Part shown: piece after piece, positions 52,921-62,805 of the stretch
Numbering within the stretch: the stretch's first letter is position 1
Layout of the letters: each line of letters begins with the position of its first letter
NCBI GenBank assembly: GCA_029239355.1
Contig: JAQZAZ010000008.1
Location: 24,197-88,196, forward strand
Origin: Sphingobacterium sp.
Lineage (GTDB): Bacteria; Bacteroidota; Bacteroidia; Sphingobacteriales; Sphingobacteriaceae
Length of the DNA stretch: 64,000 bases
Reading direction: 5' to 3'
Notes under the pieces: generated by a model
What the model was told of the DNA's origin: nothing
Seen by the model: only the letters and a program-made list of their open reading frames with translations
The model's database searches: none
Position numbers and translations under genes: made by a program

Positions 52921-53050
52921 TAATTATATCAATTATTATATGATGGTTAAAGGTGCTAATAATTGTTCAATTAGCTGTCCTGAACTGTCGACAGATGCGT
53001 GACATGATGGGTACAGGTAAGCACAGGGTAGTGGAGTGGAAATGGGAAAC

Positions 53051-53058
53051 TATATTTG
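53051..53058 (+). promoter_or_regulatory. Possible Bacteroidota -7 promoter element for the CE12 gene
   Basis: TATATTTG (TAnnTTTG) 26 nt before ATG 53085; no clear -33 TTTG. Confidence 0.3.
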
Positions 53059-53084
53059 AGCGTCCTTAATTTGTAAACCTAAAG

Positions 53085-54392
53085 ATGAAGAGATTAATCT
53101 TAGTGATCGGATTTTTTTTCCAGTTGTGGAGTCCTATTTTGTTTGCCGAACAGATAGTAAGGGAATTTAGCTTTGGGAAAGCCAAAGGCGGTACTGCAAT
53201 ATCGTTGGAGAAAGCGCAGCCTTATCTGGAGGCTCAGGGATATGGATTCGAGTTTTCGACAGAAAACAATGTCGTTATCGATTACAAAAATAAAATGCTG
53301 TCAAGCAAAAAACCATTTTATTTCTCCGTGAAAGTTCCGGAAGGGAATTATAAGATTACGATTAGATATCAAGGTTTACAGAACAAATCTTATACGAGTA
53401 CGGTACGGTCTGAATCCCGGAGGTTACAAATTGAAAATCAGGAAGTTTTATCCGGGCAGTTGTTGGAGAAAAGCTTTGTTGTGCATATTAAAGATCCAAA
53501 GATCGGTTCTGGTGGTATTGTTGGATTGAAGAAGCCGCGTGAGCAGCAGAAATTGGACTGGGATGAAAAGCTGACTTTAGAGTTTCAACAAACAAATTGT
53601 ATATCAAGTCTTCGTATAGAATCGGTTAATGCAATTCCTACAGTATTCTTGGCAGGTAATTCTACCGTGGTGAATCAAGAGGATGAACCTTGGGCTTCGT
53701 GGGGACAAATGATTCCACGTTTTTTTGATGCGGAAATTGCGATAGCCAATCATGCTGAATCGGGATTGGCCTTAAGTTCATTTCTTTCCTCAAAAAGATT
53801 GGACAAAATTCTTTCTATTGCTAAGCCCGGCGATTATTTATTTATCGAATTTGGGCACAATGACCAAAAGGAAAAAGGAGAAAATGCAGGCGCTTATAAA
53901 GGATACAGCGACCGATTACGCTACTTTGTTCGTGAATTTCGGGCAAAAGGTGGTATTCCTGTTATCTTGACTTCAACAGCAAGACGCTCATTTGATGAAC
54001 AGGGACATTTGGTACACACTTTAGGAGACTTTCCAGATGCGGCACGAAAGGTCGCGGCCGAGCTCCAGGTACCTGTGATAGACCTCAATAAGAAAACGAG
54101 TATGTTTTATGAAGCGTTGGGTGTTGAGGGATCAAAAAGGGCATTTGTCCATTATCCGGCTCATACCTTCCCAAATCAACAGCATGATTTAGCTGATAAT
54201 ACCCATTTTAATCCCTACGGGGCTTATGAAATTGCAAAAATGGTGTTAACAGGAATTAAAGAGAATCAGTTGCCGATTATGGAACATATCGTCGATTTTC
54301 AGGGCTTTAATCCGCAGCAACCAGATGATTTTAACACTTGGTATTGGCCACCAAGTTTGATTAATAGCGTTGTAAAACCAGATGGCAATTAG
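53085..54392 (+). CDS. Rhamnogalacturonan acetylesterase (CE12, SGNH) with N-terminal beta-sandwich
   Basis: FLAGNSTV, SWGQM, NHAESG, IEFGHND and DNTHFN; signal peptide. Confidence 0.9.
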   Translation: MKRLILVIGFFFQLWSPILFAEQIVREFSFGKAKGGTAISLEKAQPYLEAQGYGFEFSTENNVVIDYKNKMLSSKKPFYFSVKVPEGNYKITIRYQGLQNKSYTSTVRSESRRLQIENQEVLSGQLLEKSFVVHIKDPKIGSGGIVGLKKPREQQKLDWDEKLTLEFQQTNCISSLRIESVNAIPTVFLAGNSTVVNQEDEPWASWGQMIPRFFDAEIAIANHAESGLALSSFLSSKRLDKILSIAKPGDYLFIEFGHNDQKEKGENAGAYKGYSDRLRYFVREFRAKGGIPVILTSTARRSFDEQGHLVHTLGDFPDAARKVAAELQVPVIDLNKKTSMFYEALGVEGSKRAFVHYPAHTFPNQQHDLADNTHFNPYGAYEIAKMVLTGIKENQLPIMEHIVDFQGFNPQQPDDFNTWYWPPSLINSVVKPDGN

Positions 54393-54412
54393 TTTTGTAT
54401 TGATATAATGGC

Positions 54413-54443
54413 AAGGTCGGACAATATTTGTTCGGTCTTTTTT
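54413..54443 (+). terminator. Rho-independent terminator after the CE12 gene
   Basis: AAGGTCGGACAA-tat-TTGTTCGGTCTT plus TTTT (three G-U pairs); same GGTC.GACAA family as 51555. Confidence 0.65.
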
Positions 54444-54849
54444 ATGCGCTATTTGCTTCTTCTTGTATAGCATTCTTGCTAGAATCAATTTACATTGAGT
54501 TGGAAAGTTCATTTTTCCAACACGAGCGGGATTTTTTCCTAAAAAACTCATCTCACATAGAAAATTAGGGGCATCCCGTATTCCAAAAAAATAGAGCAGA
54601 AAATTATTGAACATGATACCACAGGATAGTCAACGCCATAATATTTAATATAATTGTACCATATATACCGCTTGTTAGAGGCAATCAACAACAACCGACC
54701 CATGCCAAACTCAATAAAAAGCCTAGTGGTAGATGATTAAAAAAATGCAATCGTAATATGTCAGTGACGATTATTTCTTTTAATTGTGAGGTTTGTATTT
54801 TATAAATGTAATTTCTACATTTATAGATATTTCTGATTAATTATAACCA

Positions 54850-57378
54850 ATGAAAACTGATAACTTCAAATTAAGAGCCTATAATTCGTTTCTTACAAAA
54901 TCGCTCTGCTTCTTTTGTTTATTCTGGATTTCCAATGTCAATGCTAATGTGCATAGGATGAAGGCGTCTGAACCGGATTCAGCCTATTTTTTTGCTTATG
55001 CAAAAGAAGAGAATGCTGGCAGAGACGGGCTATTATATGCCTGGAGTTTGGATGGTAAAAAATGGAATTCAATCGGGACAGATTTGGCTTTTGTGAAATC
55101 TGATTATGGTCGTTGGGGATCAGAAAAACGAATGATAAATCCGGTATTATTACCACGAAATGGAGGAGGCTGGACCTGTGTCTGGCAATTAACCCCCGAA
55201 AGTAATGGCCCGTATGCACATACTTATACAAATGATTTTTTCAATTGGGGTAGGCAAGACTATTATGTTGAACTAAAAGACTTGGATAAATCAACTATGT
55301 CTATTGTAAAAAACAGGTTGTCTGTTCGTGAAGAGATTTTGCTTCATGGTGAGACGATGCAGGGAAGCAAGTTCAAAGTTGCGTGGTCTGTTATTAAAGA
55401 ACTGATTAAACATTATGATCTCGCTTTGCTTAAGCAAAAGCAATGGTCCGAAAGAAGTATTGATGATGCCGCCCGTTTCCCCGGTCTAAAGCCATTGGAT
55501 ATTAAGTTGACACCGAAAATAGAACAAACCAAGCCGATTAGTGATATGTTGGTGGGTGTGTTTTTCGAGGATATTAATTACGCGGCAGACGGAGGTCTTT
55601 ATGCAGAATTGATTCAAAATAGGGATTTTGAATATAAATTGAGCGATAAGGAAGGGCATGACAAAAATTGGAATGAAAAAACAGCTTGGTCAATTGATGG
55701 GGCAGGACAATTTAATATTGATAGTCTAAACCCCATTCATCCCAATAATAAACATTATGCTAGGCTGAGGGGGGCAGGTACATTAAGAAATATAGGGTAC
55801 GATGGAATTGCCCTGAATAAAAACGAACGCTATGATCTTTCATTTTTTGCTAGAGGTACGTCCGGTAAAGGGCGCCAACTAAAAATTCGGATAAGTACGA
55901 AAGATGGAAATATCCTGGATGAGAAATCTTTAACTGTTGTCAGCAAAAACTGGAAGAAATATCAATTGATATTGACCCCTAATTCAACCTGTAAGGATGC
56001 TGTGTTGGAACTTGTATTTACAGATCTACAACAATTGGATCTGGACCTAATTTCTTTATTTCCTCAGCATACATTTAAAGGACGTAAAAATGGATTACGA
56101 AAGGATCTAGCGGAAGCAATTGCAGCGTTAAATCCTCGTTTTGTCCGTTTCCCGGGAGGCTGTTTGGCACATGGAGATGGGATCGAAAATATCTACCGTT
56201 GGTCCAGTACAGTAGGGCCTTTAGAAAGCCGTGTGCCACAACGAAATATGTGGGGATATCACCAAACTGTCGGTTTAGGCTATTATGAGTACTTTCAATT
56301 TTGTGAAGATATAGGTGCCTATGCCGTTCCAGTGGTAGCGGCTGGAGTACCCTGTCAAAATTCGGGCGCTCATGGTCACCCATTGGGCGGACAACAATGT
56401 GGTATTCCAATGGAAGATATGGATGACTATATCCAGGAAGTACTGAACCTCATTGAATGGGCTAATGGGGATAAAAATAGTACCTGGGGAAAGGTACGTG
56501 CAGCAGCGGGGCACCCCGAACCATTTCATCTAAAATATATTGGTGTAGGTAACGAAGATTTAATATCGAATGTTTTCGAAGAACGTTTTACCATGATTTA
56601 CAATGCTATCCGTGCAAAATATCCCGAAATACAAGTTATTGGAACCGCAGGGCCATTTTTTGAAGGAACCGACTATGTAGAGGGCTGGAAAATCGCTAAT
56701 AAATTGAACGTACCTATTATGGACGAACACTACTATCAGACACCGGGCTGGTTTATTCATAATCAAGACTTCTATGATAAATATGATCGCAGCAAATCAC
56801 AGGTGTATTTGGGCGAATACGCTGCCCATATTCAAGGGCGAGCGAGTACCTTGGAAGTGGCATTGGCTGAAGCGGCATATCTCACAGCATTGGAACGAAA
56901 TGGTGATGTTGTTAAGATGGCCTCTTATGCGCCACTGCTAGCCAAAGATGGCTATACACAATGGCGTCCCGATCTTATTTATTTCTCGAATACTGATGTA
57001 AATTTAACACCATCCTATTATGTACAGCAATTATTTGGGCGTAATAATGGAACCAAATATATTCCAGTAGAAGCAGTTTATTCTAATGCTGCCGATGAGG
57101 TAAAAAAGCGTGTGGCATTTTCTATTGTCAAAGATCCGAAAGATCAATCGCTCATTGTAAAACTGGTTAATATCTTACCTGTTGCCATCAACATCGAATT
57201 GGAATTAGATCAGCTTAATCTGAAAGCTGATACGGCCCTTGTTTCTCAGTTGACAGGAAAACTGGAAAGTAAAACGGCAAAACCTGAAGAAAAGACCATG
57301 GCCGTTGAAAAACTTAAAAAACAACAATTGCCGCCTTATTCGTTAACCATTATCCGAATTCAATCGGGTGCAAAATAG
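54850..57378 (+). CDS. GH51 alpha-L-arabinofuranosidase with extra N-terminal module
   Basis: FFEDINYAADGGLYAELIQNRDFE, RFPGGC, IGVGNE (acid/base), YLGEYA (nucleophile) and ASYAPL. Confidence 0.93.
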   Translation: MKTDNFKLRAYNSFLTKSLCFFCLFWISNVNANVHRMKASEPDSAYFFAYAKEENAGRDGLLYAWSLDGKKWNSIGTDLAFVKSDYGRWGSEKRMINPVLLPRNGGGWTCVWQLTPESNGPYAHTYTNDFFNWGRQDYYVELKDLDKSTMSIVKNRLSVREEILLHGETMQGSKFKVAWSVIKELIKHYDLALLKQKQWSERSIDDAARFPGLKPLDIKLTPKIEQTKPISDMLVGVFFEDINYAADGGLYAELIQNRDFEYKLSDKEGHDKNWNEKTAWSIDGAGQFNIDSLNPIHPNNKHYARLRGAGTLRNIGYDGIALNKNERYDLSFFARGTSGKGRQLKIRISTKDGNILDEKSLTVVSKNWKKYQLILTPNSTCKDAVLELVFTDLQQLDLDLISLFPQHTFKGRKNGLRKDLAEAIAALNPRFVRFPGGCLAHGDGIENIYRWSSTVGPLESRVPQRNMWGYHQTVGLGYYEYFQFCEDIGAYAVPVVAAGVPCQNSGAHGHPLGGQQCGIPMEDMDDYIQEVLNLIEWANGDKNSTWGKVRAAAGHPEPFHLKYIGVGNEDLISNVFEERFTMIYNAIRAKYPEIQVIGTAGPFFEGTDYVEGWKIANKLNVPIMDEHYYQTPGWFIHNQDFYDKYDRSKSQVYLGEYAAHIQGRASTLEVALAEAAYLTALERNGDVVKMASYAPLLAKDGYTQWRPDLIYFSNTDVNLTPSYYVQQLFGRNNGTKYIPVEAVYSNAADEVKKRVAFSIVKDPKDQSLIVKLVNILPVAINIELELDQLNLKADTALVSQLTGKLESKTAKPEEKTMAVEKLKKQQLPPYSLTIIRIQSGAK

Positions 57379-57393
57379 CCTAATTCAACTCAT

Positions 57394-59808
57394 ATGATAC
57401 ACCCAGCTTTGAAGAAAAAGTCTATTTTAGTTTTTATTAATCTCTGTTTGGCAATTGCGCCGTTGTTTGCCAATTCAGGATTCAATCTGATCAAAAATAA
57501 TCGGGCTGCGAATATCTATTATGGAGGCGGTAGCCCTGTGGTTGAAACCGCATTGGAACTGTTGGCTGCAGACGCGCAGCAGGTTGGCCAATCTGCTTTT
57601 AAACGAATAGGCAGTGCAGATGCCGGAGCAATTATAATTGGGGAGTTAAATGATCCAATTATCGAAAAATTGATAAAGGATTATCACATTTCTCTCTCAG
57701 ATATCAAAGATAAATGGGAGGCTTTTTATCTGAAAGTGATTCAAATGGAAAAAGTACCAACACTGTTGATTATCGGGTCTGATGCTAGAGGTACGGCATA
57801 CGGTGTGATGGAAATTTCCAGAAAATTAGGTGTTTCTCCATGGAGTTGGTGGGCAGATGTGGTTCCCCGTAAAAAATCAACGATTTCTCTGCCTGTCGAT
57901 TATGAAGACAAGCAATTTCCTAAAGTGCAATTCCGGGGGATTTTTATAAATGACGAGGACTGGGGATTGACGCCTTGGAGCAGTAAAACCTATGAGCCCG
58001 AAGCAAAGTTGGCTGCAGGAATTGATCCGGCTAAAACAAAAAAAATGTCTACGATCGGGCCTAAGACGTATGCCCGTATTTTTGAATTATTATTACGGCT
58101 GCGGGCTAATTCAATCTGGCCAGCAATGCATGAAGTAACTGTTCCTTTCTATTTTGTCCAAGGAAATCGGGAAATGGCCGAAAAATATGGAATATATATC
58201 GGCTCATCGCATTGTGAACCCCTCGCTCGAAATAGTGCGACGGAATGGGATATCGTAGGTCATGGCCCCTATAACTATTTGACAAATAAAAATGAAATTG
58301 TTGATTATTGGTCCAATCGACTTAAAACACTCGGTCAATCCCATAATATATTTACCCTTGGTATGCGCGGGAAACATGACGGAGCAATGGAGGGGGTCAA
58401 AACAATAGCCGCATATAAAGATGTATTCAATGAGGTCCTCAAGGATCAGACAGATCTGTTGAAAAAATATGTAAATGCAGACCCTGCGAAGATTCCTCAG
58501 GTTGTTATACCCTATAAAGAGGTATTGGACGTGTATAAGGCCGGTATAGCTATTCCTGACTATGCTACATTGATGTGGTGTGACGATAATTATGGCTATA
58601 TTACTCATTTTCCAGATCAGAAAGAAAGAAAAAGAACAGGCGGTAACGGACTTTATTATCATGTTTCCTACTGGGGTAGGCCGCATGACTATCTTTGGTT
58701 GTCGACGATGAGTCCGGCGTTGATCTATCAGCAGCTTCATACAGCTTATCAACATGATGTTAAAAAAATGTGGATTGTCAATGTTGGGGATATTAAGCCT
58801 GCTGAATACCAAATTGAACTCCTGATGGATATGGCATGGAATATGGATCAGGTACAAAAAATAGGCGTTTACCAGCATATGAACCAATTTTTGCAACGGG
58901 AGTTTGGAAATCGTTTGGCGAAGAAGATCGTACCGATTATACAGGAACACTATCGGTTGGCTCATATTCGAAAACCTGAGTTTATGGGAAATACGCGGAC
59001 GGAGGAGAAGGATCCAGCCTATAAAATTGTTAAAGACTTGCCTTGGTCCGAACAGCAGATTCAAATGCGATTATTACAGTATAAACATATTCAAGATGCA
59101 GTCACCGCAATTGAGGCATCAGTTCCGTTAGATCGAAAGGATGCTTATTTTGAATTAGTCCTGTATCCGGTAGTTGCAGCGGCAAAGATGAATGAAAAAC
59201 ACCTTTATGCACAGTTAGCACGTCATGGCAAAGCTGCATGGCAAAAAAGCCACGATGCCTATGATAAAATCGTTTCCTTAACTGCGCAATACAATGCCTT
59301 GAATAAAGGTAAGTGGAAGGGGATGATGGATTATAAACCAAGAAATCTTGCTGTTTTCGATAAGATTGTAGAAGAACACGCTATTGTTCCTATGGTCAAT
59401 GATGATCAGCCCGCCAAGAGGATTCCTGGTAAAGATTTAAAAGGCTCAATCGGATATGAAGGGTTGGGCTATCAAGGGCAGGCCGCAGCGATCCCATTGG
59501 GCGTAGAAGCTAGTTATAGACTCAAGGGATTAGAGGGCGATTCTGTTACCATTGTCGTCCACTTGCTGCCTACACACCCGGTCTCTTCAGATGATTTACG
59601 TTTTGAAGTTTCCTTGGGGCAACAGCATTCGCCTGCCATTTCCTATAAAACAATCGGACGAAGTGAAGAATGGAAAGAGAATGTCTTGCGCAACCAGGCT
59701 ATTCGAACGATTAAATTTAAGGTAGCTTCATCGCAACAGGACATATTGCGTATCAAAGCGCTTGATGAGGGCGTAGTGATTGATGAAGTAACACTATATT
59801 TGGATTAA
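57394..59808 (+). CDS. GH115 alpha-glucuronidase
   Basis: RGIFINDEDWG, WPAMH, SHCEP, WCDDNYGY, YYHVSYWG and WIVNVGDIKPAE. Confidence 0.93.
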   Translation: MIHPALKKKSILVFINLCLAIAPLFANSGFNLIKNNRAANIYYGGGSPVVETALELLAADAQQVGQSAFKRIGSADAGAIIIGELNDPIIEKLIKDYHISLSDIKDKWEAFYLKVIQMEKVPTLLIIGSDARGTAYGVMEISRKLGVSPWSWWADVVPRKKSTISLPVDYEDKQFPKVQFRGIFINDEDWGLTPWSSKTYEPEAKLAAGIDPAKTKKMSTIGPKTYARIFELLLRLRANSIWPAMHEVTVPFYFVQGNREMAEKYGIYIGSSHCEPLARNSATEWDIVGHGPYNYLTNKNEIVDYWSNRLKTLGQSHNIFTLGMRGKHDGAMEGVKTIAAYKDVFNEVLKDQTDLLKKYVNADPAKIPQVVIPYKEVLDVYKAGIAIPDYATLMWCDDNYGYITHFPDQKERKRTGGNGLYYHVSYWGRPHDYLWLSTMSPALIYQQLHTAYQHDVKKMWIVNVGDIKPAEYQIELLMDMAWNMDQVQKIGVYQHMNQFLQREFGNRLAKKIVPIIQEHYRLAHIRKPEFMGNTRTEEKDPAYKIVKDLPWSEQQIQMRLLQYKHIQDAVTAIEASVPLDRKDAYFELVLYPVVAAAKMNEKHLYAQLARHGKAAWQKSHDAYDKIVSLTAQYNALNKGKWKGMMDYKPRNLAVFDKIVEEHAIVPMVNDDQPAKRIPGKDLKGSIGYEGLGYQGQAAAIPLGVEASYRLKGLEGDSVTIVVHLLPTHPVSSDDLRFEVSLGQQHSPAISYKTIGRSEEWKENVLRNQAIRTIKFKVASSQQDILRIKALDEGVVIDEVTLYLD

Positions 59809-59868
59809 AGTATTCGTTTCCACTGCGTAATGGAAACTCGTTATAGACTTATTCATAAGATTATATAA

Positions 59869-60807
59869 ATGAAAAAACAATTTCTAGTCACGCTCTTGGT
59901 TATTTTGACCTGTCTCGTTAAGGCACAATCTCCGGTATACCTTTTCTCCTATTTTGTGGGCAATGGCGCCGACGGATTACATCTTGCTTATAGTTTAGAC
60001 GGTTTGAAATGGGAACCATTGAATCAGGGAAAAGCTTTCTTAGTACCAACGGTAGGAAAAGATAAACTGATGCGTGATCCTAGTATTTGCCAGGGCCCTG
60101 ATGGTACCTTTCACCTCGTGTGGACAACAGGCTGGTGGGATAACATTATCGGATATTCCTCTTCCAAAGATTTGATGCATTGGACCGATCAAAAAGCAAT
60201 ACCAGTCATGGTAGATGAGCCTGATGCTAAAAATGCATGGGCTCCGGAGCTTTTTTACGACAAAGACACAAAAGAATATTATATCATTTGGGCCACGACA
60301 ATTCCTGGTCGACATAAAGAGGTGCAGACAAGCGATAGTGAAAAAGGCTTAAACCACCGGATGTATAGTGTGACGACAAAGGATTTTAAACGTTTTTCAA
60401 AAACCAAGTTATTTTTTGACCCGGAATTTAGTGTCATCGATGCGGCCATTATACAACAGGCCAATAAGGAATATATGATGGTGCTGAAAAATGAAAATTC
60501 TAATCCGCCGGAGAAAAACATTCGAATCACGACAACAAAGAGTTTAGCCGAAGGATTTCCGACTACTGTCTCTAAGCCAATCACAGGCGATTATTGGGCG
60601 GAAGGTCCTGCTCCCCTACAAGTTGGGAAGTATATATATGTATATTTCGATAAATACCGCGATCATAAGTATGGAGCTGTACGAAGCAAAGATGGTATCA
60701 ACTGGGAAGATGTTTCCGATCTGGTGAGTTTTCCGAAAGACGTTCGTCATGGAACAGCTTTTAGGGGCAATCGAACGGTTCTGTCACATCTATTGAAAGC
60801 AAATTGA
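59869..60807 (+). CDS. GH43 family arabinofuranosidase-like beta-propeller
   Basis: YLFSYF..GLHLAYS.DGLKW, MRDPSI (base), WAPE, VIDA and AEGP (acid); subfamily not assigned. Confidence 0.88.
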   Translation: MKKQFLVTLLVILTCLVKAQSPVYLFSYFVGNGADGLHLAYSLDGLKWEPLNQGKAFLVPTVGKDKLMRDPSICQGPDGTFHLVWTTGWWDNIIGYSSSKDLMHWTDQKAIPVMVDEPDAKNAWAPELFYDKDTKEYYIIWATTIPGRHKEVQTSDSEKGLNHRMYSVTTKDFKRFSKTKLFFDPEFSVIDAAIIQQANKEYMMVLKNENSNPPEKNIRITTTKSLAEGFPTTVSKPITGDYWAEGPAPLQVGKYIYVYFDKYRDHKYGAVRSKDGINWEDVSDLVSFPKDVRHGTAFRGNRTVLSHLLKAN

Positions 60808-60945
60808 TGGCGTTGCTGAGATTTATTTCGTTCTATTGTGGAGGTGAACAGTGAAGTACAGGTTGCATATCGATGAATAGATGCTTAATTTCAGCTATTC
60901 AGACCGTAATTTATACTGGGCTACATACTTACACAAACAAACATC

Positions 60946-62370
60946 ATGAATAAAACTCTCTTTTCCATGCTTTTGGTACTTTTGGTGCTGGTCACGCAGG
61001 CTAAAGTTAAACTACCGCATATTTTCGGCTCGAATATGGTACTCCAACAAGGTAAGCCGGTGGTCATATGGGGTACTGCGGATCCACAGGAGAAGATTGA
61101 AGTCAAATTGAAGGGTTTGACAATAAAAACAGTGGCAGATAAAAAAGGAGCATGGAAAGTTAATTTTAAAGCACAAACTGGAAGTTATGATGCATTTACT
61201 GTTGAAGTAAAAGGTAATAATGTACTGTTATTGGAAAACGTAGTTTTTGGTGAAGTTTGGTTATGCTCTGGACAGTCCAATATGGAGTATACAATGCAAT
61301 TACGCAAGGGGTATAAGAAGCCTGCTGTAGGCGTTGATCGGGCGGAGGAAGAATTGCGACAACCTGAAAATCCAAAAATTCGCTTATTCCTTGTTGCCAA
61401 AAAGAAAGGGCAGCAGGACGATGTGGAAACGAAGGGATGGGAAGTAGCCGATCCGAATTCACTCGCGCAATTTTCGGCTCCGGGTTATTTCTTCGGAAAG
61501 ACCCTGCAGCAACAGCTGAATGTTCCCGTGGGATTGATCAGTTCATCCTGGGGTGGCAGTAGGATAGAGCCATGGACACCTTTGGAAGCCTATCAGAACT
61601 CCAGCACTTTTAAACAGGAAACCCGAAATGGTGAAACGAAAATTGAAAATGCTGTCGCGGGAGAAATGTATGAAGCGATGATCCATCCATTGGCGCCTTT
61701 TGCGATGAAAGGTTTTATTTGGTATCAAGGCGAAAGCAATCTCATGTTTGAGGATGCACGTTATTATGCAAAACAGAAATTACTGATCGATACTTGGCGT
61801 AAGAACTGGAAAGATAAAAAGATGCCGTTTTACTATGTTCAGATTGCCCCTTATTATTATAGTAAAAGAAAGGATAAAACACAGCATAATGTAGAAGCGT
61901 TACCTTGGTTTTGGGAGATTCAGACCAAATGTATGGACATTAAAAATTCGGGGATGGCTGTGGTTACTGATTTGGTCGACGACCTTTCTGATATACACCC
62001 ATCCTATAAATGGGAAGTGGGACGTCGTTTGGCATTATGGCCTCTGGCATTTGACTATGGTCAAAAGAATATTGTTTTTTCAGGACCGCAATATAAAAGC
62101 AAAAAGATAGTTGGAAATAGCGTTGTACTGAACTTTAATTATGTTGGCAGCGGATTGCAATGCAAAGGCGACCAATTGAGCTGGTTTGAAATTGCCGGCT
62201 CAGACGGAAAATTTGTGCCTGCGGAAGCAAAAATCGAAGGTGATCATATTATTGTATCTGCAGCATCGGTAAGATCACCAAAACAGGTTCGCTTTGGTTG
62301 GCATGAAACAGCGCGTCCCAATTTTTTTAATAAAGAAGGACTACCTGCATTACCTTTTAGAACAGAGTAG
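60946..62370 (+). CDS. Second SASA-family acetylesterase
   Basis: GEVWLCSGQSNM, GFIWYQGESN, DIHP and GLPALPFRT; paralogue of 41536-42963. Confidence 0.9.
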   Translation: MNKTLFSMLLVLLVLVTQAKVKLPHIFGSNMVLQQGKPVVIWGTADPQEKIEVKLKGLTIKTVADKKGAWKVNFKAQTGSYDAFTVEVKGNNVLLLENVVFGEVWLCSGQSNMEYTMQLRKGYKKPAVGVDRAEEELRQPENPKIRLFLVAKKKGQQDDVETKGWEVADPNSLAQFSAPGYFFGKTLQQQLNVPVGLISSSWGGSRIEPWTPLEAYQNSSTFKQETRNGETKIENAVAGEMYEAMIHPLAPFAMKGFIWYQGESNLMFEDARYYAKQKLLIDTWRKNWKDKKMPFYYVQIAPYYYSKRKDKTQHNVEALPWFWEIQTKCMDIKNSGMAVVTDLVDDLSDIHPSYKWEVGRRLALWPLAFDYGQKNIVFSGPQYKSKKIVGNSVVLNFNYVGSGLQCKGDQLSWFEIAGSDGKFVPAEAKIEGDHIIVSAASVRSPKQVRFGWHETARPNFFNKEGLPALPFRTE

Positions 62371-62422
62371 TATGTTTTTGTGGTCTTTCTTTTGAAGTAT
62401 TTTACGCCTTTATAATTATCAA

Positions 62423-62441
62423 ATGGTAACAACGTTACCAT
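62423..62441. promoter_or_regulatory. 8-bp palindrome, candidate operator
   Basis: ATGGTAAC-aac-GTTACCAT. Confidence 0.3.
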
Positions 62442-62460
62442 CTTAATCCTAGCGATTGTT

Positions 62461-62530
62461 ATAAAAAAAGGTTTTCAAACGGGGAGAATGAAAACCTTTA
62501 AAATAACCAATTAATCCTAAATTTATGATA
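62461..62530 (+). repeat. Hairpin-plus-leader element, copy B
   Basis: AAAGGTTTTCA/TGAAAACCTTT 11-bp stem around AACGGGGAGAA, then AACCAATTAATCCTAAATTTATGA. Confidence 0.45.
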
Positions 62531-62805
62531 AAAAATATGATACTATATCGTTGGCTTTCGTTTAATCACTTAAATACTCGCCATTTAAATTGGGAAATCA
62601 CCAATTTAATACAACAAGTTTAGCTATCCTGAATGAATTTGTCATCCTGTGCTGTTCTGCCTGTTTGATTTAATCAAAAGCTCTAAATGAATATAATATG
62701 TTCGTTTGAAAGCTATTGGCGCCTATATTAAGTTGAAAATTTGTAAATTTGACGACTGGTTAGGTGTTTAAACAGCATGCAACCTGCCCTTTTGAAAAGT
62801 TCACA

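Noticed and set aside
53640-53670. GNS instead of GDS in CE12 block I as a sign of inactivation
   Set aside because: The catalytic Ser, GHND and DxxH are all intact.
54527-54578. Weak interrupted hairpin in the 54.4-54.8 kb intergenic gap (also 60815-60895)
   Set aside because: Short discontinuous stems in AT-rich DNA, no recognisable ncRNA motif and no second copy.
58204-59064. 286-aa minus-strand ORF
   Set aside because: Lies wholly antisense to the motif-rich GH115 and has no recognisable domain; shadow ORF.
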